Source: an uncultured Armatimonadetes bacterium
GTDB taxonomy: Bacteria > Armatimonadota > UBA5829 > DTJY01
DNA: 64,000 nt
Direction of reading: 5' to 3'
Assembly (NCBI GenBank): GCA_963717145.1
Contig: OY970325.1
Location: 5,024,001 to 5,088,000, forward strand
Of the stretch, positions 38,230 to 47,968 are shown piece by piece (positions within the stretch are counted from its first letter, which is position 1; each line of letters begins with the position of its first letter). A program made the translations under genes and the position numbers. The notes under the pieces are model-generated. The model worked only from the letters and a program-made list of their open reading frames with translations, was not told the DNA's origin and did not search any database.

Positions 38230-38300
38230 TTGTCAGTTATCAGTTATCAGTTGTCAGTTATCAGTGCCTGCCGATCACTGATCACCGATCACCGATGACT
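38228..38300. repeat. Heptamer tandem repeats in inverted blocks
   Basis: (AGTTRTC)x5 followed by (CYGATCA)x3. Confidence 0.75.
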
Positions 38301-38319
38301 CAGAGAGGAAGAAGCGGAT

Positions 38320-39835
38320 ATGCAACCATTGGCAATAGCTGTGGTGGCCGTTCCATTCCTGGGGGCGATAGCATGCTCTCGCCGCAAGGGACCGTGCGGC
38401 GAAGTACCTGGCGGCGGCGGCCTCGCTCGTCACCGCCGGCGAGCGCGGTGGCACTCGCGTGGAAACTGCCCGGTGAGCACGCATCTGTTCGGCGCAATGC
38501 CGTGGCTCGGAGCAGCGGGATCCAACGGATTCTTCGGCTACCAGATCGATGCCCTCGCGCTCATCATGCTGCTCGCCTCGACGGTCATCGGCGTCGCGAT
38601 AGTGATCTACTCCGCCGGATATCTGTCGCCCGGGAACAAGGACCATCCCGTGCACGGCGGGCCAGGCGCGCTACTACTTCTGGCTGATGCTCTTCGTCGG
38701 CTCGATGGCCGGGATCGCCCTGTCACCGACGCTGCTCCAGCTGCTGATCTTCTGGGAGATGACGACGCTCTGTTCGTGGGCGCTGATCTCGTTCTACGAC
38801 AACGAGGAGAGCCTGAGAGCAGGCATCAAGGCGCTGGTGGTCACCGTCGATCGGCGGACTGTTCTTCATCGGCGGGCTGGTCTGGGTCTTCAGCGCCACC
38901 GGTTCGATGGGATTCAGCGCGCTCGGGATGATGACGCCACAGATGCGGGCGGGCGCATTCGCGCTGTTCATGATCGCCGCGTGGTCGAAGAGCGCGCAGA
39001 TCCCGTTCCACACGTGGCTTCCCGACGCGATGGCGGCCCCGACTCCCATCAGCGCCTACCTGCACGCGGCGGCGATGGTCAAGGCCGGCGTATTCCTGAT
39101 CGCGAGGCTCCTATCCGCAGGCTGGCAGCTTCCGACCGGAATGGGCCTACTGCTCGCGATCGGCGCGCTCGTCACGATGTTCGCGGCGCTCTATCTCTAC
39201 TTCTTCCAGGACGATCTCAAGCGCCTGCTTGCGTACTCGACGATCGCCCAGCTCGGCATACATATTCCTGGGGCTCGGCATCGGGGCACTCGGCGCGTCC
39301 ATGGCATACCACGGCGCGGTGCTCCACATACTCATGCACGCGTTCGCCAAGACGACCCTCTTCCTGACGGTCGGCGCGATCGCGTATGCCACCGGCACGC
39401 GGAGCATATCGAAGCTCTCCGGTCTGGCCTCGGAGATGCCGATTGCGGCGCTTTGCCTTCTTCGTGGGCGCCTTCGCGCTCACCGGCATTCCACCGCTGG
39501 CGTGCTTCTGGAGCAAGATGTACGTCCTGGCCGGGGCGCTGCAGGTCACGGGCGCATTCGGGCCGATCGTCCTGACGCTCGTGCTCATCGAGAGCCTCGT
39601 CTCGTTCGGCTGGTTCCTCTGGATCGGGCAGAAGGTCTTCTTTGGGAGAGGTCGGATGGGGGTCATAAAGCCCGAAAAGGAGGGCAAAGCGGTCGGAGAT
39701 ACGCGGGTTCTCGTCGGTTCGGCCCTCGATCCGCCTGCGAGCATGAACTGGGTGCTGATGATCATGGTCATTCTGACGCTGGTTGTCCCGCTTGCGGGCA
39801 TCCCTCTCGTTTCTCGGCTTATCGGCGTACCCTGA
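38320..39835 (+). CDS. Antiporter-like membrane subunit, HyfD/NuoL-like (several frameshifts)
   Basis: FWE, KSAQIPFHTWLPDAMAAPTPISAYLHAAAMVKAG, LKRLLAYST, GIPPL..FWSK. Confidence 0.83.
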
Positions 39836-39840
39836 TGAGG

Positions 39841-39925
39841 AGGGCTTTATGCCCGTCGGGGCGAACGCCCTGTAGCCTAGGGCTTTATGCCCGTCACGGC
39901 GAACGCCCACGAGGGGCTAGGCTAC
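39841..39925. repeat. Duplicated GTAG-type REP-like unit
   Basis: AGGGCTTTATGCCCGTC-NN-GGCGAACGCCC twice; TGTAGCCTAG..CTAGGCTACA inverted. Confidence 0.7.
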
Positions 39926-39938
39926 AAGAGTTATCGAG

Positions 39939-41942
39939 GTGAGTATGGCTTACACTAACGTTGAACTTGCGTTTCTGCTCCTGCTGGTCGGTGCACTGGT
40001 CGCCAGTCAGGCGCGGTCCTGGCGGTCGGCGGGATGGATCGCGACCTTCTTCGTAGGCGCTGCCACTGCGCTCGCCTGGACGGATGGACTGAGGGTGCTT
40101 ACCACCGGCAATCCGGTCGAAGGCTTCATAGCGGCCCTTCCGAATTTCGGCAGCAAACTCGCGGTATCGCTCGATCCTCTCGGCGCTGGATTCCTGTTGA
40201 TCGTGACCGCCGTCTCGCTGATCGCGACGATCTACTCGATCGGCTACATGGGATGGTACAGGAACGAGAGCCCGCGCAGGTTCTACCCCCTGCTCCTGCT
40301 CTTCATCGCCGGGATGATGGGGGTCGTGGCGGTTCAGGACTGGCTCTTCTTCATCGTGCTGTGGGAACTGATGACCCTTGCTTCGTACTTCCTTGTGACC
40401 TTCGAACGATCCGACCCACAGGCAGTCAGGGCGGGCTTCAAGTACTTCATCATGACCCACGTCGCGACCGCCGGCCTGCTCGTGACGGCAATCGTGCTGT
40501 GGAGCAGCACCGGCTCATTCGCCTTTGCCGCGCATGGGACGGCGCTGTCCACGATGTCGCTGGCCCTGAGAAGCCTGCTGCTCGCACTCTACCTGATCGC
40601 ATTCTCGACTAAGGCCGGCATCTTCCCCATGGGCGACTGGCTGCCCGACGCGCATCCCTCCGCGCCGTCCGGGGTGTCGGCGATTCTGTCCGGCGTGATG
40701 ATCAAGCTCGGGGCATACGGCGTCCTCCGCGTGTTCTGGGACGTACTTCCGCAGGCCGGGAACCGAGTGGAACTGCTGACGTGGGGCGCGATCATCGCGT
40801 TCCTCGGCACGCTCTCGGCATTTGTCGGCGGCGTGACGGCGATGAAGGAGAACGATGCGAAGCGCCTGCTCGCGTTCTCCAGCATCAGCCAGATGGGATA
40901 TATCTTCCTGGCCCTCGGCGTGGCGATAGCATTCTCAGCGGTGAAGGGGCTGTCCGGTCTCGCACTCCTGGCGCTCCTGGCCGCGGGATTCCACATCCTG
41001 AACGACGCGATCTACAAATCGCTGCTCTTCATGAACGCAGGCTCGATCCTCTATGCGACGAATACCCGGGACATCAACAAGGTCGGCGGACTGGCAGCGG
41101 TGATGCCGCTCGCAGCGGCGGCCGGATTGGTGGGCGTCGCTAGCCTGTCGGGCCTGCCTCCGATGAACGGTTTTGCGTCCAAGTGGCTGATCTACCAGTC
41201 GTCGATCGCGGGCGGCCTGCACTTCGCCCCGTTTATAGCTGCGGCGGTCGTCGCGTTCTTCGTCAGCCTGAGCACCCTGGCGTATTCGCTGAAGTACTAC
41301 AATACGGCATTCCTGGGAAAGCCCGCGAAGACATCGGCGTCTGCGGTGAAGTTGCCGGGCACGATGACCTTCGCCCAGATCGTGCCTGCGCTCGCGTGCA
41401 TAGCGATAGGTCTGGCTCCGTTCTGGACGATCAAGCTGGTCTCCTCCGCACTAGGCGTATCGACCACGGGGATGTTCGCGCCCGGTGGAATCGGCGGCCT
41501 CTCGACGATTGCCGCAAACGGGGCGATCCCCGCTGCATGGAGTCCGATCCTGCTGCTCGGGCTGTTCCTGGTTTTCTTCGTTATAGCGGAAGCCCTCCGG
41601 GGTTCGGGTCGCGTACACACGAGGGTAGTGCCGAGTTGGCTGGGCGGGGAGGAGCATACCGATGACGAGGTTCGCTTCAGGGCGCACGGCTTCTACTCAC
41701 CGTTCAACGAAGCCTTTGCCAAAGTCTATCCACACATACCGCTGCCACGCCTGCCGAGTCTCGCGCGGCTGAGATCGGTGCTCGACCTGGACAACTGGCT
41801 CTACGGCCCGGCGATGCGCGCGGGGGGAGCATTCGTGGACAAGCTGAGCCGCTCGCATATGGGCGTGCCCCAGGTCTATATGATCTGGCAGGTCGCCGGG
41901 ATGATCATTGTCGTAGCGCTGCTCTTCGCGCTCGTCAGGTAG
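39939..41942 (+). CDS. Antiporter-like membrane subunit, HyfB/HycC-like
   Basis: WELMTLASY, WLPDAHPSAPSGVSAILSG, KRLLAFSS, PPMNGFASKW. Confidence 0.9.
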   Translation: MSMAYTNVELAFLLLLVGALVASQARSWRSAGWIATFFVGAATALAWTDGLRVLTTGNPVEGFIAALPNFGSKLAVSLDPLGAGFLLIVTAVSLIATIYSIGYMGWYRNESPRRFYPLLLLFIAGMMGVVAVQDWLFFIVLWELMTLASYFLVTFERSDPQAVRAGFKYFIMTHVATAGLLVTAIVLWSSTGSFAFAAHGTALSTMSLALRSLLLALYLIAFSTKAGIFPMGDWLPDAHPSAPSGVSAILSGVMIKLGAYGVLRVFWDVLPQAGNRVELLTWGAIIAFLGTLSAFVGGVTAMKENDAKRLLAFSSISQMGYIFLALGVAIAFSAVKGLSGLALLALLAAGFHILNDAIYKSLLFMNAGSILYATNTRDINKVGGLAAVMPLAAAAGLVGVASLSGLPPMNGFASKWLIYQSSIAGGLHFAPFIAAAVVAFFVSLSTLAYSLKYYNTAFLGKPAKTSASAVKLPGTMTFAQIVPALACIAIGLAPFWTIKLVSSALGVSTTGMFAPGGIGGLSTIAANGAIPAAWSPILLLGLFLVFFVIAEALRGSGRVHTRVVPSWLGGEEHTDDEVRFRAHGFYSPFNEAFAKVYPHIPLPRLPSLARLRSVLDLDNWLYGPAMRAGGAFVDKLSRSHMGVPQVYMIWQVAGMIIVVALLFALVR

Positions 41943-41956
41943 GTTGGGAGGATACT

Positions 41957-42850
41957 ATGTCGGTGCAAGCACTCGTCATAAACAGCGCGATAGCCCTGCT
42001 GCTGGCTCCGATGTTCGATGGAGTCGCCAGGAAGGTCAAGGCCGTCATTCACTCGCGCAAGGGTCCGCCGATAACGCAGCCTTACATCGACATCTTCAAG
42101 CTGCTCGGAAAGGAAGACCTGCGCTGTACCGCGAGCCTTGTCTTCAGGTTCGCGCCGGCCGTCGTGTTAGCGGCATTCCTGGTGGCGGCCGTGCTCACTC
42201 CGATGGGAGTGGCCTCAGGCGCGCCCGGCGACATGGTGACGTGGATTTACTTCCTGACGCTCGGCGCGGCGGCGATCACCGTGTTGGCGGCCGCATCCGG
42301 GAATCCCTTCGCGCAGACGGGGAGCGCCCGCGAGATCATGATGCTCCTGTCCGTCGAGCCGATCGTCGTGGCAGCACTCATCACCGCCGCCATCAAGAGC
42401 CATTCGATCCAGCTTCAGGACATGATGAGCTGGAATGTGTCCAACGGGCCGACGGTCTCCATGGTGAGCGCGGGCATCGCGTTCTTCCTGGCGCTTCAGG
42501 CAACGATGGGCAGGCTTCCATTCGATATCGCCGAAGCTGAGAGTGAGATCGCGGAGGGTCCGCTCATCGAGGTCACCGGACCGAACCTCGCGATCATGAA
42601 ACTCGCCTTGTTGGTGCGCCAGGTGGTCTATGCGTTTCTGCTTGTGCAATTATTCATTCCCTGGCCGGCGATCGGTCCCTGGCCGCTGACCGTGATCGCA
42701 GCCCTTGTGAAAGTGCTCATCCTATTCGTGCTCGCCGCGGTGATGGAAGCAGTGAGCCCGAGACTTCGCATAGACCAGTCGATGACCTACATGAGCAGGC
42801 TGCTGTTTGTAGCGCTGGCGGCCCTGGCATTTGCAGCGATCGGAGTGTGA
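41957..42850 (+). CDS. NuoH-like membrane subunit, HyfC/HycD-like
   Basis: RKVKA..SRKGPP..QPY.D..KL..KE, PFDIAEAESE. Confidence 0.9.
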   Translation: MSVQALVINSAIALLLAPMFDGVARKVKAVIHSRKGPPITQPYIDIFKLLGKEDLRCTASLVFRFAPAVVLAAFLVAAVLTPMGVASGAPGDMVTWIYFLTLGAAAITVLAAASGNPFAQTGSAREIMMLLSVEPIVVAALITAAIKSHSIQLQDMMSWNVSNGPTVSMVSAGIAFFLALQATMGRLPFDIAEAESEIAEGPLIEVTGPNLAIMKLALLVRQVVYAFLLVQLFIPWPAIGPWPLTVIAALVKVLILFVLAAVMEAVSPRLRIDQSMTYMSRLLFVALAALAFAAIGV

Positions 42851-42854
42851 TGAT

Positions 42855-43517
42855 ATGGTAAACCCTGCGTTGGTGCACACCCTGAGCTTGATAATGATCT
42901 TCACCAGCTTCGCCGCGGTCGAGGCGAGGAACCTCCGCCACGCGACCGTCGCCTATCTCTGCCAGGCGCTGTTGATATGTGGGCTGCTGGTGGCATATTC
43001 GGTTCAGAATACCGCGCTGCTGTATTGGGCGGCCACTGCTCTGGTCACGAAGGCCATACTGGTGCCGTGGTTCCTCTGGCGCGCGACGTCCGGGGCCGAG
43101 CAGGAGACCAAGCCGATCATCGGCTTCGGAGTGTCGGCGGTGCTGCTGATCGCGCTGCTCTCCATCATGTACAAGCTGACTCACATGCATGCCGCAGCTT
43201 TCATCGGCACGGTTACGGGGAATCTCGCGGCGATGGCGCAGACGAATCTGGCAGTCGCGTTCACCGTTTTCGTTCTGGGGATCTATGCTATTCTCACCAG
43301 ACGCGATGCCGTCAAGACGGTCATAGGCCTGTGCCTTCTGGAAAACGGAGTCCACCTCAGCCTCGTGAGCCTCGCGCCGGGGATAGAGGAGACGGCGCTC
43401 GCCGGCATCGCGACCGAGGTGGTGGTCACGGTCTACCTCCTGCTGTATATCATCGGCGGGATACGGTCGAAGTTCGGTTCGACGGATACGTACAGGCTTT
43501 CGGAATTGCATTGGTAG
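42855..43517 (+). CDS. HyfE-like membrane subunit
   Basis: KAILVP, GLCLLENGVHL; multi-TM. Confidence 0.82.
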   Translation: MVNPALVHTLSLIMIFTSFAAVEARNLRHATVAYLCQALLICGLLVAYSVQNTALLYWAATALVTKAILVPWFLWRATSGAEQETKPIIGFGVSAVLLIALLSIMYKLTHMHAAAFIGTVTGNLAAMAQTNLAVAFTVFVLGIYAILTRRDAVKTVIGLCLLENGVHLSLVSLAPGIEETALAGIATEVVVTVYLLLYIIGGIRSKFGSTDTYRLSELHW

Positions 43518-43526
43518 CCAGACCGA

Positions 43527-43661
43527 CGTTGGGTCAGGAGTTGTACTCCTGACCCCGGGCGGGAAGGAGTGTAACTCCTTCCCGAACGAGACCATATGAT
43601 GTTGGGTCAGGAGTTGCACTCCTGACCCCGGCGCGTGCGGGAGTGCAACTCCCGCACGAAC
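43527..43661. repeat. Two REP-like doublets (GTTG/GTTC foot, GGAG-TTRYA-CTCC core)
   Basis: Four short hairpins in alternating orientation; same architecture as 6339-6416. Confidence 0.8.
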
Positions 43662-43684
43662 GGTGGTGTTAGAGAGGTGCGGAT

Positions 43685-45238
43685 ATGCACGGTGAAGTAC
43701 CATCGATTCTGCCCGTATTGCTGTTGGCGTTCCCACTGGCGGCCGGAGTACTGATCCTCGCGCTCGGCCGGTTCGCGACTGCTTTCCGGGAGGCGATCGC
43801 GATACTCGGGTCGGCCGCCTCGCTGATCGTCGCCGCGATGATCGGGAGCCGCGCGCTCCGAGGCGATGTGCTCACGGCGGTCAACAGCCAGTTGTACGCG
43901 GACTCGCTCAGTGCGCTGCTCGTGGTGCTGATATCGGGCATCGGATTCCTAGCCGTGGTGTACTCCTTCAAGTACATGCGCCACGAGGTGCAGGAGGGAG
44001 GGCTCTCTCACACCATCACCGCGGGACGACTGACGGCATACTACACCTGGATGATGCTCTTCATCGGCACTATGCTCTGGGCCTGCATTTCGAACAACAT
44101 CATCATGCTCTACGTGGCGGTCGAGGCCAGCACGATCGCGAGCGGCCTGCTGGTGGCATTCTACTGGGACAAGAGAGCGCTCGAGGCCGGATATAAGTAC
44201 CTCATGCTCCTGACCGTAGGGATCACCTTCTCCCTGTTCGGCTGCGTGCTGGTGTATGCGACCGGCGCGGGCATCCTCGGCGGGCACAACGGACTGCTTC
44301 TCTCGCATCTGAGGACTGTGGCGGCCACTTTCCCGCCGACGACCGTCATCCTCGCGTCGGCATTCCTGATAGTCGGCTTCGGGACCAAGGCGGGCGTCGC
44401 GCCGTTCCATCCATGGCTTCCCGATGCCCATGCGGAGGCGCCAACCCCCGTGTCCGCGCTCCTCTCGGGGGTGATGCTCAAGGTGGCGATCTACGCGCTC
44501 GTCCGCACGGTCACCATGTTCTTCCCGGGATTCCCGCCGGTCGCGTCGTTCCTGTTGGCGCTCGGCGTTTTCACCCTCGTGATCGGCGATCTGATGGCTC
44601 TCGCTCAGGACGACTTGAAGCGAATGCTCGCCTACTCCTCCGTGAGCCAGATCGGATACGTCCTGATGGGATTCGGCATCGGCACCTACTTCGGGATATA
44701 TGCGGGCCTTTTCCATCTGCTCGACCACGCGCTGGCCAAGGCTCTGCTCTTTCTGGCGGCCGGATCGGTGATATACGCGACCGGCGCGCGCAGGGTGTCG
44801 GACCTTGGCGGCGTGGCGAAGAAGATGCCGGTGACGAGCTTCTGCTTCTTCTGCGGAGCGCTCGCGGTATCCGGAATTCCACCGTTCAACGGATTCCAGA
44901 GCAAGCTGGCTCTGCTGGTCGCGGGTGCGGAGATCCATGCCTGGTGGGCGGTCATCATCGGGATAGCCGCCAGCCTGCTGACCCTGGTTGTGCTGGGGAA
45001 GGCGGCAAGGTCGATCTTCTGGGGACCGGAGTCCGCGGCAGTCTCGAAGCCGGCGGTCAAGGAAGCTCCGCTGACCGTGGCAGTAGCGATGGTGGTGCTT
45101 GCCGCTTTGGCGCTGGTGATCGGGATATACCCTCGTGCCGTGTATGAGCCTCTCAGGGCGGCGGCATCTGTTGTCCAGACTGTCGGTGACACGGCAGAGG
45201 CCACCTATTTCGCGGCGCTCCACAACCGCGAGCCCTGA
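43685..45238 (+). CDS. Antiporter-like membrane subunit, HyfF/MrpD-like
   Basis: VEAST, EAGYKY, WLPDAHAEAPTPVSALLSG, LKRMLAYSS. Confidence 0.9.
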   Translation: MHGEVPSILPVLLLAFPLAAGVLILALGRFATAFREAIAILGSAASLIVAAMIGSRALRGDVLTAVNSQLYADSLSALLVVLISGIGFLAVVYSFKYMRHEVQEGGLSHTITAGRLTAYYTWMMLFIGTMLWACISNNIIMLYVAVEASTIASGLLVAFYWDKRALEAGYKYLMLLTVGITFSLFGCVLVYATGAGILGGHNGLLLSHLRTVAATFPPTTVILASAFLIVGFGTKAGVAPFHPWLPDAHAEAPTPVSALLSGVMLKVAIYALVRTVTMFFPGFPPVASFLLALGVFTLVIGDLMALAQDDLKRMLAYSSVSQIGYVLMGFGIGTYFGIYAGLFHLLDHALAKALLFLAAGSVIYATGARRVSDLGGVAKKMPVTSFCFFCGALAVSGIPPFNGFQSKLALLVAGAEIHAWWAVIIGIAASLLTLVVLGKAARSIFWGPESAAVSKPAVKEAPLTVAVAMVVLAALALVIGIYPRAVYEPLRAAASVVQTVGDTAEATYFAALHNREP

Positions 45239-45253
45239 GTCCACCGAACAGGA

Positions 45254-45353
45254 ACCGTCTAATCCTGAGTGCGCCTCTGGGCGTGTAACGAAGGACAGTC
45301 CTATGCCACCATCCTTCGTTACACGCCCAGAGGCGCACTCAGGACTAGACGGT
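45254..45353. repeat. Long palindromic element, family A copy 3 (divergent)
   Basis: CCTGAGTGCGCC..GGCGTGTAACGAAGGA..TCCTTCGTTACACGCC..GGCGCACTCAGGA. Confidence 0.85.
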
Positions 45354-45375
45354 CGATGATGGCGAGATCACTCCC

Positions 45376-45747
45376 ATGCACGAACTTTCCGCGACACAGA
45401 ACATCCTCGACATTGTCCTCACCGAGGCCGCGAAGGCGGGTGCGCTCCGGGTCGTCAGAGTGAAGGTCAAGTCCGGCCAATGGTCCACCTTCCAGCCGGA
45501 CTGCATTGAGTTCTACTTCGGCACACTGTCTCGGGGCACTCCGGCTGAAGGCGCCTGCATCGAGATCGAGACGCTCCCGGTGCGATACCTCTGCCGTGAA
45601 TGTGGCATGGAATACGAACCCGTCGAGGGCCGATTCGCATGCCCTCAATGCACGTGCGTCGAAGGAAAGATCATCGGCGGGAGGGAATTCTACATCGATT
45701 CGATAGAGGTTCAGCATGCAGATACCGTTGGTGCGCAAGGTCCTTGA
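45376..45747 (+). CDS. hypA: Hydrogenase nickel metallochaperone
   Basis: MHELS, CREC...CPQC, GREF. Confidence 0.93.
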   Translation: MHELSATQNILDIVLTEAAKAGALRVVRVKVKSGQWSTFQPDCIEFYFGTLSRGTPAEGACIEIETLPVRYLCRECGMEYEPVEGRFACPQCTCVEGKIIGGREFYIDSIEVQHADTVGAQGP

Positions 45748-46366
45748 GGCAAACGATCAGGTCGCCGGCGAACTCCGACAGAGGTTCGCGGACGACGGCT
45801 TGCTTGTCGTCAACCTCATGGGGTCGCCGGGCGCGGGCAAGACGAGCCTCGTGGAGGAGACACTTCGACACACCTCTGGGAGGCTGAGGATCGGTGTCAT
45901 CGAGGGCGATATCGCGACGTCTCTGGATGCCGATCGGATCGCTCGATTCGGAGCGCCGGTCGTGCAGATCAACACCGGGGGCGCATGCCACCTCGACGCG
46001 CCGATGATCCGCAGGGCGCTCGCCGATCTGGACACATCCGCGTTCGACATATTGCTCATCGAGAACGTCGGCAACCTCGTCTGCCCCGCGCAGTTCGATC
46101 TAGGGGAATCATTCAAAGCGGTTGTCTGCAGCCTCCCCGAGGGCGACGACAAGGTCGCGAAGTACCCGGAGATATTCAGCGTTGCCGACGTCGTCGTGCT
46201 GAACAAGCTCGATCTTCTACCGCACGTGAAGTTCGATCTCCCGCTCCTCCGACGTACTCTGAAGGGAATCAACCCGAACGCTGCTTTGGTCGAGGTCTCC
46301 TGCTCGACGGGCGATGGCTTGGATCAGTGGGTAGAATGGCTGTTGGCGACGGCGAAGTATAAGTAG
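45716..46366 (+). CDS. hypB: Hydrogenase nickel incorporation GTPase
   Basis: GSPGAGKT, CHLDA, ENVGNLVCPA, NKLD. Confidence 0.95.
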   Translation: MQIPLVRKVLEANDQVAGELRQRFADDGLLVVNLMGSPGAGKTSLVEETLRHTSGRLRIGVIEGDIATSLDADRIARFGAPVVQINTGGACHLDAPMIRRALADLDTSAFDILLIENVGNLVCPAQFDLGESFKAVVCSLPEGDDKVAKYPEIFSVADVVVLNKLDLLPHVKFDLPLLRRTLKGINPNAALVEVSCSTGDGLDQWVEWLLATAKYK

Positions 46367-46471
46367 CCTGAACTTTTCGCGCCGCTGTGCGTCCAGCACT
46401 CCGGCATACTTGCCGATCGTACCGTTTCAGGACGGGACGTGTTCGGCGCTTCAGCCAGGGGAGGCTTAGTA

Positions 46472-47863
46472 ATGAGTGAGAACGGTATGAACAGACGGGA
46501 GTTCCTGAAGAAGGCGGGGATGGGTGCAGTAGCGCTCTCGCTGCCGGCATGGGCGCAGCAGAGCGGCCTGGAGGCGGCAACTGCGTCTGACAAGACCAGG
46601 AAACCGAATATCATCTTCATACTTTCAGATGATGTCGGTATCGGCAATATCGGCTGCTACGGATCCGACCAGTTCAAGACGCCACGCATCGATGCCCTCG
46701 CGAAGGGAGGAACCCGTTTCGAGCACTGTTACTCGACACCTCTCTGCGGGCCGTCCAGGTGCCAGTCATTGACCGGACGGTATCCGTTCCGTACGGGCAT
46801 GATCGGCAACCAGTACGGCAGCGTCATCAAGCCGGGGAATGAGGCCATGATGCCGAAGGTGCTCAAGCCGGCGGGTTACGTGACTGCGCAGGTCGGCAAG
46901 TGGAGCCAGTTGCCGCTCGGACCCGGCGAGTGGGGATTCGATGAGTATCTCCGATTCCCCGGAAGCGGCAGGTATTGGCGACAGCAGACCACCAGCTACA
47001 CGCTCAGCGGTCAGGAGAAGGACCTGCCGGAGGGGAAGCACCTTCCCGATCTGATGCACGACTTCCTGGTGGACTTCATGACACGCCACCGGGACAAGCC
47101 GTTCTACGTTCACTACGCGATGTCTCACATTCACGGGCCGATCGTGCGCACTCCCGACAGCGCTCCGGACAGCGCGGACCTCTATGCCGACAACATCGCC
47201 TATATGGACAAGCTGGTCGGCAAGCTCGTGGCCGAACTCGAGCGGCTGAAGCTCCGTGAGAAGACGCTCATCATCTTCGTCGGCGACAATGGGACTGCTC
47301 CCGGATGGGCCGACGGCGCGACGGTGCGTGGGAAGCGCATCTCCGGCCAGAAGGGCACCATGCTTGAAGGTGGCAGCCTCGTGCCGATGATCGTGAACTG
47401 GCCCGGCACGACCCCGGCGGGCAAGACTCGGAACGACCTCATCGACTTCAGCGACTTCTTCCCGACGTTCACGGCGCTCGCCGGTGCGAAGCTCCCCGAG
47501 GGCGTGACGATCGATGGGCACAGTTTCGCACCGCAGGTCCAGGGACAGACGGGCAAGCCGAGGGAGTGGGTCTACGTCGAGTTGACCGGCGGCTGGTATG
47601 TCCGCAGTGAGAGGTGGAAGCTGACCCGATCGGGCGAGCTGTTTGACATGAAGGACGCGCCGTTCGTGGAGAAGCCAGTGCCGGCCGACACGAAGGACGC
47701 TCAGGCCATCGCAGGCAGGAAGCGCCTCCAGGCCGTACTCGACAAGCTCGATCCGGCATCCGGCAAGCAGTCGGCGCCCCCAGCGCAGGCGGCAGGAACT
47801 CCGCCCAATAAGCCGAGGCGGAAGAGGGCAAACCGGAAAAACCGGGTGCCGGCTGGAACCTGA
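46472..47863 (+). CDS. Tat-exported formylglycine sulfatase
   Basis: NRREFLK; PNIIFILSDD; CGPSR..LTG; GKW. Confidence 0.92.
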   Translation: MSENGMNRREFLKKAGMGAVALSLPAWAQQSGLEAATASDKTRKPNIIFILSDDVGIGNIGCYGSDQFKTPRIDALAKGGTRFEHCYSTPLCGPSRCQSLTGRYPFRTGMIGNQYGSVIKPGNEAMMPKVLKPAGYVTAQVGKWSQLPLGPGEWGFDEYLRFPGSGRYWRQQTTSYTLSGQEKDLPEGKHLPDLMHDFLVDFMTRHRDKPFYVHYAMSHIHGPIVRTPDSAPDSADLYADNIAYMDKLVGKLVAELERLKLREKTLIIFVGDNGTAPGWADGATVRGKRISGQKGTMLEGGSLVPMIVNWPGTTPAGKTRNDLIDFSDFFPTFTALAGAKLPEGVTIDGHSFAPQVQGQTGKPREWVYVELTGGWYVRSERWKLTRSGELFDMKDAPFVEKPVPADTKDAQAIAGRKRLQAVLDKLDPASGKQSAPPAQAAGTPPNKPRRKRANRKNRVPAGT

Positions 47864-47906
47864 GCCTGAGTCGGTAGGTAGGTAGGTAAACCGAACAGAC
47901 GTGTAG

Positions 47907-47947
47907 AAAAGGCAGTTGCCGTCCAGTCGGACGGCAACTGCCTTTTT
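47907..47947. terminator. Bidirectional intrinsic terminator
   Basis: AAAAGGCAGTTGCCGTCC-AGTC-GGACGGCAACTGCCTTTTT. Confidence 0.85.
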
Positions 47948-47968
47948 GCGCAGAAGGGTGATCTGAGG

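Noticed and set aside
43527-43661. Repeats as a CRISPR array
   Set aside because: Inverted hairpin pairs without regular unique spacers; no cas genes in the window
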